Source: Macrostomum lignano | Lineage: Eukaryota | Assembly: GCA_002269645.1 (NCBI GenBank) | Contig: NIVC01000291.1 | Span: 186,001 to 250,000, forward strand | Reading direction: 5' to 3' | DNA: 64,000 nt | Shown here: in pieces, positions 49,209-64,000 of the stretch | Layout: the number at the start of each line of letters is the position of its first letter | How positions within the stretch are numbered: position 1 is the stretch's first letter | Translations under genes and position numbers: made by a program | The notes under the pieces: model-generated | What the model was told of the DNA's origin: nothing | Database searches by the model: none | What the model saw: the letters and a program-made list of their open reading frames with translations, nothing else

Positions 49209-52200
49209 GAGCGCAGGTCCGGGCGGCAGCCGGATGCCCCGCACGCAGCGCCCATCCTCAGTTGCCCGCGGCAGCCTTTGCTAGCCAATACCGTATGCTC
49301 CAACCGCGCGAACTGTGCATCGCCCCCTCCTTTCCGGCCCCGTTTTTGCTGTTCGCGCGACTTTTGCGAGCCCCCCTGCTGGTCCCTGCCCGGTCAATGC
49401 AGTTTAAAGCCAAGCCACTTTCACCAAAATCTCCGTTTAGATCTCAGAAGCTCCCCCCAGTCTCAGCAGCACTGCGAATGCATTTCCGCGCCCGCCGCTG
49501 TCTCCGTGTTTCAATTGCCGATCCGAGAAAGAAGCTTTTTTGTGTCCTGCGTCTTCTTCCTCACTGCGGCCCGCCTCCCAGTGTGTACATAGGCGGCCGG
49601 CTACAGACAAGCTTATTTCTCTTTTATCTGTTATTTTGTCTGAAAAACTCGAACGCCTCGTCCTTGTTGTCAATTTTGTGTTAACACAGCATAAACTTTC
49701 CAGTCTCCATGTTTGTCCGTTGCTCACGGCAGCCTCCCAATGTACTGCTCTGCAATAGTTCAAGTAGCTGCCTGTCTGCACCCGAGTAGCCACCCAATAC
49801 CGCCTCTCGCATTATCAATACAGTAGCCGCGTGTTTATTTATTATTTGTTACTCATATTCATAATTTTATTGCAAATTGTTTCGCTAGAGAGCAGCGATC
49901 GGCAGTGCCAGCCTTTTTTGATTCCTCGCTCCTCATCGCCCTTAATTTATTGCAGTTATTGCTTTGCCCGCAGAGTTCTGGCTTTTCTGTTCTCTTCTCA
50001 AATCTTCCGCTTATTCAACCCGTCATTACGGCCGGCATGACAAATTTTACAGGTTCACTACTTTAGCTACTACTTACTTCGGACTGCCCCTATCTTCCAG
50101 TCAGCCTTTTGCCACGTGAAATATTTTTAATGATTGAACTGTTTGCTGTGCCGCTTTCTTACATATTAATTACTGCTACTACTAATAGTAATGCACCATT
50201 TTAATAGCTATAGCTTGAGCAGCTAGGGCAGCCGCACCTCTGAGCAGCCACTCAGTGACCGAATCTGAAACAACACGCTGTGCTGCCAGCCGGTCGACCC
50301 TGCACCTCTCAGACTCATCCTTTTCGATTTACTGCATTAATTGGCCCCGCAGCAACCAACTGTCTCTTCTCTAGACTTCCTCGCCGCTTTTTCCGTTTCT
50401 TCATTTCGCCCCAAAAACGGTGTTAATTGTTGTTTAGCGTTTTTCTCTGTTTGCAGCACAATTGGAAAACATGTAAAATCGTGTGTTAATCCTTGGCGTG
50501 TTTTTTTTGATGCGGCTCGCCAGCGCGGTTGTAGCTCCCTCTGTAGCCCTTTGCTCGTTTTGTTTCCTAGTTGTAAATATAGCAAGTACTCGGCCGATTC
50601 ACGTACCAAACAAAACATTTAAGTCTCACTGTCCGCTATTCCGACATCGTATTGAGAATTTTCAAAAATAAGCCTTTGTTCTTTGCTGATTTTGGCTGTC
50701 GGGGCTTTGAGTTGATTCTTAATGTTTGTAATTAATGAGGACGAGTATGAATTACGAATATTTTTCTTTTGGTGGCGCAACCAGAAATTCGGTGAAGCAC
50801 AGAGAGACCAGACAGCTCAAGACCTGGAGGGTTATTGTGGTCCAATATCGCTTGCCCCCTTACAAGTTTTCCGGGTCTCCTCCGAAGGGGGCAGCCTGCT
50901 CTCGCCCCTCGTTGCACCAATGTTCTCTTTTAAAGATCAACTACATTTTAAGGACCTTTCTAGTAAATAATTAAAATACAGTGTATTCTTCAAAAAGTCA
51001 ACAGAAGTCTTTAATATATGTAGTCATACATATAAATTCAAAATCTGCCATAAATCTTCATGCGGTGAAACGCTCTCACTTGAGACAGACACATATCGTA
51101 AACGCAGAAAACTGATGGTACGCATTTGGACAATTGAACAGATATCTTTAACAGAAGATGATCCGTCTATGCGCATGCGAGTCGCGACAGATGCACGCAC
51201 AATTTGCGGATATTCTAGAAAATGAGGTTCAATTAAAAGCATGGGAATTAGATTCTATCATAGTGTTTGTTAGTCTACTCACAAAAGGTTTAGTCGCTTA
51301 ATTTTGACATGCGCAAAGTTATTCTTTAATTGCACGTGCAGTCTTAGTTTGTAAAGAACTAATGAAATTAGACTTTAAATTAGAAAAAAATCAGACAAAT
51401 CTTGTATTTTTATAGCAGAATCTGTTTGTTTATTTTATTTTAATACTTTATCAAGGTAAAATTTAGGCAAGCTTACCTTTAGTATATATTTATTTGAGAA
51501 GTAGCTTCTAAACATTAAAATAGTATTTTCGATTTTCTTAGTGTATTTTTGTGTAGCTTTCTTTCCATGTTATTATACATTTATGAAGAATTTTTTCATA
51601 GCCCACTAGTCTCTAGTACTTGATCTAACCTAGGCCCCCAACATTCGAAACTCTTAATTAAGCTTTAAGCTTTGGTTTTTTTGTAAGTTATAGTCACCAA
51701 AATATTATTGCAGGAATCCAAATTATAGTCATAGGTTTAAATACAAAAGAATGATTTCAAGCACTAGCTCATGGATATAGGGTTAGTTAAAGTTAAAGTT
51801 TTGATTCTGACTAGTAGTAGTATATCCAATCCTTAATGATACATATTAATATTAAAATTATTTTTAGAACTAGGTCTAAATTAATGAAACTTTGCTCATT
51901 TGTTTATCAATGAGTAAATAGTAGGAAACTGTATAAGAAAAAATCTGCCTTGACAGAAAAAAAACTTATCCCATGCTATAATTTAAAAAGGTAAAAAGTG
52001 TACTAAAATCAATTTGTTTAGCATTGTATAATACTTTGACTGATATATGAGTGTATATCTAGTAGTTTATTACTAATAGCTCTTGTATAAGTATAATGTT
52101 CAGTTTATTTGTTTAGTATTTGTTTGAATTCCTGATTTTGAAACTAAAATGTATATCAAAAGCTATAAAAAGGCATTAGCATAGACCTATTTTATATATT

Positions 52201-52261
52201 ACAATGCAAATCTCTACTAGGAACTAAAATATATTAACTTTAGATTTTACTTTCATTTCAG

Positions 52262-59133
<6,872 letters not shown>

Positions 59134-59134
59134 G

Positions 59135-60290
59135 TGGGCTGGTGATGGAGCTGGTAATGAGGCTGGTGATGGGGCTAGTGATTGGGCTGGTGATGGGGCT
59201 AGTGGTGGAGCTGGTAATGAGGCTGGTGATGGGGCTGGTGATGGGGCTGGTGATGGGGCTGGTGATGGGGCTGGTGATGGGGCTGGTGATTGGGCTGGTG
59301 ATTGTGCTGGTGATGAGGCTGGTGATTGGGCTGGTGATGAGGCTGGTGATTGTGCTGGTGATGAGGCTGGTGGTTGGGCTGGTGATGAGGCTAGTGATTG
59401 GGTCGGGAAGTGGATGGGAATTAGATTAGAAGGCGCAGGCACAGGACAAATTTAGTTGCAAGAAGACAGTTACGAGCGTAGTGCAGTGGGTGGTAAGGCA
59501 GGGATGGGGCAGTGGGTGGTAAGGCAGGGATGGGGCAGTGGGTGGTATGGCAGGGATGGGGCAGTGGGTGGTAAGGCAGGGATGGGGCAGTGGGTGGTAA
59601 GGCAGGGATGGGGCAGTGGGTGGTAAGGCAGGGATGGGGCAGTGGGTGGTAAGGCATGGATGGGGCAGTGGGTAGTAGTAGGAAAGTGGTACCCTCCACC
59701 GCCATCGCACCGGATTGGCCGGGGCACCCGGCCAATCAGGCGAGAGGGCCCCCAAAGACGCCCACCCCCGACCCCAGACCCACCACCGCCGCACCCACCC
59801 CCGACCCACCACCGCCACGCACCCACCACCAACCCAAACCGGGCCCCCCAAAGACGCCCACCCCCGACCCCAAACCCACGCACCCACCCCGACCCCAAAC
59901 CGGCCCCCCTCCTATCCATCCCAAACCAAGGCCCCTCCTGTCCTGCACCCCATCTCATACCAAGGCCCCCTCGTGTCCTACACCCCGTACATCCCATACC
60001 AAGGCCTCCTCCTATCCTGCACCCCATCCCAAACCAAGGCCCTGCCTGTCCTGTACCCCATCCCATACCAAGGCCTCCTCCTATCCTGCACCCCATCCCA
60101 AACCAAGGCCCTGCCTGTCCTGTACCCCATCCCATACCAAGGCCCCCTCCTGTCCTGCACCCCCGTGCATCCCATAGCAAGGCCCCTTCCTGTCTAGCAT
60201 CCCATCCCAAACCAAGGCTCCCTCTTATCCTGCACCCCATCCCATATAACACGGTCCTTCTATCCAGTACCCTATCCAAAACCAATGCCC
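59135..60290. repeat. Composite minisatellite block: 12-bp GGCTGGTGATGG, 26-bp GGGTGGTAAGGCAGGGATGGGGCAGT and C-rich CCATCCCA(A/T)ACCAAGGCC units
   Basis: Successive tandem arrays immediately after the last visible ABCC donor. Confidence 0.9.
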
Positions 60291-60785
60291 CCTCCTAATT
60301 TCTAAACCCCAATCTTATTCCTAGCCTCACTTACCGCTTTTAAGGCTCTAGCCAAGGCAAAACCCGCATTCAATGCTTTGGTTGTACTCTTTCTTGCTGT
60401 GGCGGGTACAGCGGGAGGTCGTTAGACCTAGACCGCTACTTCTTGGTGGCCAGAGGGCCGCAAGAAGGTCCCGCCACCTCCTGTTGTGTGGGGTTGGATT
60501 CGGGGTTCAGATTGGTTATTTTTTTCTATGGAGCGGGAGCTGGTTTCTAAATGGCTGAGTGGTCCCCGGAAGGGCTCCTGATTTGCCGAGAGTTCCCGCG
60601 GGAGGGCTGTTGTGTGAGGTTGGATTCGGGGTTCGGATTGGTTATTGCTATTGAGCGGGAGCTGGTGTTACTTACCAACTCCCGTCGTATATAATCTCGC
60701 GCGCGGCCGGAAAGAAGGCTCACAGTTTTTTCGGTCCTAGAGTTTTTTTTTAAAGAGTTAAAATTTTGCATCCTAAATTTTAAAC

Positions 60786-63301
60786 ATGAAATTTTGCGAA
60801 TACTGTAGTCAGACAGTGGCCGGTGACATATTAGCTCACTACTCAGTGTGCCCAATTATTCCAACTTTATTTTCTGATGAACCGTGTCAATTCCAATTAA
60901 TTAAAGAAGCATTTTTCGGTCAGTCGCGACTCTATCGGCGAATCGTTGCCGGCGATCCCATCGACGCCCTGGAGTCATCCATTGCTTCAGGCACAGAACT
61001 CCTGGCAGATCTGCGTTCAAAACCAGGCTTTGCCATCAAGGTGCAAATCCGTCTCGGTGTGTCAATGCAGCGTTGGGCTGGTGGCAGCTTTGTGGCGCAG
61101 AGCACAGCCTGGTTCGCCAGTGAAACGGCCGAAGTCCTTTCAGATGAGGAAGAAGATTTCTTTGTTCGGGAAATCCCACTTATTTTGGAACGACTGAGCA
61201 AATACCTTCGCAATGGCAGTGGGTGGACAATTGACTCCACTCGCTGCGTAGATCTTTCCATTGTAAGATATCAGTTGCCTCATGGCTCAGGTATAAGTTC
61301 CAACCCATTTGAACTTCCACCAAAGCTAAAGGCTAAAAGGGCAGTCATTAATGCCTACTCCAGTGGGAATGACTGTCTGAAATATGCCGTTCTGTCTGCA
61401 TTGCACGCAGACCGTGTCAGCAGTGAGAAGCCTTTGCGACGCTCCACTTTCCGGGAGTGGGAAGACGAACTCCGTTGGGACAACGTTCCTTTCCCTGCCA
61501 ACGTGAATGACCTGGGTCGAGTGGAAAAGAACAATCCAGGATTGGCTATCTCGGCCTTCAAATGGACTAACGGCCATGCCCAGTGCTTACGCCCAGCCCC
61601 AGCAGATCTCATTCAGGAATGGCGACCTCATCGATTGATCCTGCTTCTATTGGTTACCACTGATGCCGGCAACCATTGGTGTGCTATTGCTAGCCTAGAT
61701 CGTCTAATGAACAGTCATGACGCGCATAGATATCGTTGGTGCGATCGCTGTCTAGGCAAGTTCCGGACGGTTGAGTCTCTATCCGTTCATAGACGGCGGT
61801 GCATGGGCCGTAAGGATAGCATGGAGGAGGTGATGCCAAAGGATAAATCACTGAGATTCAAGGCATGGCATAAAACACTCTCCCCACCTCATGTCATCTA
61901 TGCTCATTTTGAAGCAAAGATGTCCCCCATAAACGATGAGCTAGATGGCTGTGCTACCTTTAAGACTGCACACCACCTACCAGCTGCTGCCGGATTCCTT
62001 ATTGTTCAAAGAAGTGATGTAGCTGGGCCTCCACTCTCCGAACGTCCTATGCAGCTGTTTTCCAGTCGGATGAGTGTATGATGCACTTCCTACAGGCACT
62101 GGAGGATGTCGCCATTGCAGCATACAAGTGGAATGCGCGACATAGTCATTACCCTGCCATTCGCTCTGTCCGGGAGGAAGAGCAGTTCCAGACTGCCACT
62201 CATTGCTGCTTGTGCGAGAAATTTCTTGATGATGATCGCCACTTCCATCATGATCATCTCAATGGCAAGTTTTTGGGTGCTGCATGCCCGTCATGTAATG
62301 AGTCAGCTGTTCTCAAGCGCGACTTTCTTCCAATCTTTTTTCACAATTTCCGAGGTTATGATTCACACTTGTTGTGCAGCACGGTGATCGGTCGTATGAA
62401 ACATTGGGAACTAAGTGTCATTGCACAAACAAAGGAGCGTTACATGACTCTAGAAGCCCGGATACCTATTGAGTCGGTCTATGATTCATCTAAAGATCGT
62501 TTGGTGCCAAAATTCATGCGTCTGCGTTTTCTCGACTCTTTCCAATTCATGGCGTCGAGTCTTGCTCAATTAGTGCGCAATCTAACCCCGGCAGACTGTC
62601 ACTACACGATGGAGATGCAGCAGCGATATCCACTCGCCTCCACCGAAGTCCTACTGCGAAAGGGGGTGTTCTCCTATTCCTATGTAACTAGTGATTCGAA
62701 TTTAGATGAGCAACAGCTCCCATCCCAAGAAGCTTTTGCTAACGACTTGAACAATGAGCCTTGCAACGATCAGGACTATGCAACTGCCCAGCGTGCCTGG
62801 AGAGAGTTTGGATGTAAGACACTGCGCGACTACATGCTTGCATACCTTGAAATGGACATTCGCCAGCTCGCCGATGTGTTCGAGGCGTTTCGTCGAATGA
62901 ACCTCACTTCGGATGGGCTAGACCCAGTGCATTTTATAACCACGCCGGGAATGTCTTTCGAAGCAGCGCTTAAGTACTGTAAATTGGAGCTTGAATTGCT
63001 GCAATGTCCAGAGTTGTACAGCTTATTTGAAGAGGGTACTCGTGGTGGTATGACATTTGTCAACACACACAGAGCCAAAGCCAACCATCCCGGACTCGGT
63101 GAGCTGTATGATTCGCATCAACCTCAAACCTATCTTATCCCCATCGACGCCAACAACCTCTACGGACACGCCTTGTCCACCAAACTGCCATGGTGTGGGT
63201 TCCAAGTGCTTGACACTGTACCACCAAACAATGAGGTTGAGAGATGGATCAGGGATGAGGGGTTTAAAACTGTCGATAAAATAATATATAAAACAAACTA
63301 A
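60786..63301 (+). mobile_element. polB: Polinton/Maverick(adintovirus)-type protein-primed DNA polymerase B, frameshifted at about 62070 and 3'-truncated
   Basis: N-terminal RNGSGWT..LPPKLKAKRAVIN..NDCLKYAV; ExoI VIYAHFEA; endonuclease-VII-like CCLC..HFHHDHLNGKFLGAACPSCN; ExoII FFHNFRGYDSH; LRKGVFSYSY; ExoIII YLEMDIRQLADVFEAFR; TRGG; motif A DANNLYGHALSTKLP. Motifs B and C are absent. Confidence 0.9.
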
Positions 63302-63316
63302 ATTCAAATCGAAATA

Positions 63317-63690
63317 CTAGTTTTTGTGTAAAATTAAATCGTGTAAAACAATGTAAAATTTCATGCACTTAAAAAAGGTTAAAAATCTCCATTGAAATAC
63401 ATGTGTTTTATGCAAAAGTATGCAAGTTTTCGTCCAGTGATTAAAAGTATGCAATACGGCGTGAATTTTTCGACAAAATGCGTCAATTTTCATGCACAGG
63501 TTCGGGTACAAATCCCTATTGAAATACATGTATTTTGTGCACAAGTATGCAAGTTTTCGTGCACAGTGTTAAAAAGTATGCAAAGTGTTGAGGTTTTTTG
63601 TGCACACATTCGGGTAAAAATTCCCATTGAAATGTATGTATTTTGTGCAAACATGCATGCTTTTTCGCGCACAACAGAGGCTAGAAACGC
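63317..63690. repeat. AT-rich block with three 110-127-bp subrepeats (CCATTGAAATACATG...AAAAGTATGCAAG) directly after the polB stop
   Basis: The motif recurs at about 63390, 63515 and 63625. Probably a separate insertion truncating polB. Confidence 0.6.
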
Positions 63691-64000
63691 TAAATCCGCA
63701 GAAACTGGTGGGGGTGGGCAGTTATTATTTTTTTCAAGCAGGTGTTTGGCATAAGAAAATGATAGGTACTAGAAATTTGGTAAAATGAAAAAGAAAAAGG
63801 CAATTTCAAACCTTCTGCCAGGTATTTATTTTGACTGCAGTAGACCGGGCAGCTATGGCGGCTATCAGGCATTAAAACGAGAGTTGCACAAACAGCACGG
63901 ACCCAAGTTTAGTGTAGGGCAGGTATGTATATACGATATACTTCTAAACCAATGATTTTTTAGAAAATTCCAGCTTAGGTTTTTAGTTTTATCCACTAGC

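Overview
Eukaryotic (animal) genomic DNA, not prokaryotic. It has GC-rich exons, GT-AG introns and very dense tandem repeats. The style and gene content suggest a free-living flatworm such as Macrostomum lignano, which is inference only. I rebuilt these genes by hand, checking splice sites and phases: a two-exon class A GPCR (minus), an intronless CK1-family (pseudo)kinase interrupted by an in-frame TAG, a six-exon coiled-coil/CAP-Gly protein carrying 36 copies of a 14-aa KTPSKPPS repeat (minus), an intronless GT32 glycosyltransferase, GW182/TNRC6 (last two exons) and the 5' half of a long ABCC/MRP transporter (nine exons). Mobile DNA includes two hAT-type MITEs with exact 8-bp TSDs, two further 8-bp-TSD MITEs, a decayed hAT transposase, two RTE LINE fragments, two Crypton-like tyrosine-recombinase C-terminal fragments, a Penelope GIY-YIG fragment ending in a degenerate hammerhead motif, and a Polinton/Maverick-type protein-primed DNA polymerase B lying just downstream of the last visible ABCC exon. 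There is no CRISPR array, rRNA or tRNA. Many ORFs in the supplied track are artefacts of repeats or antisense shadows.
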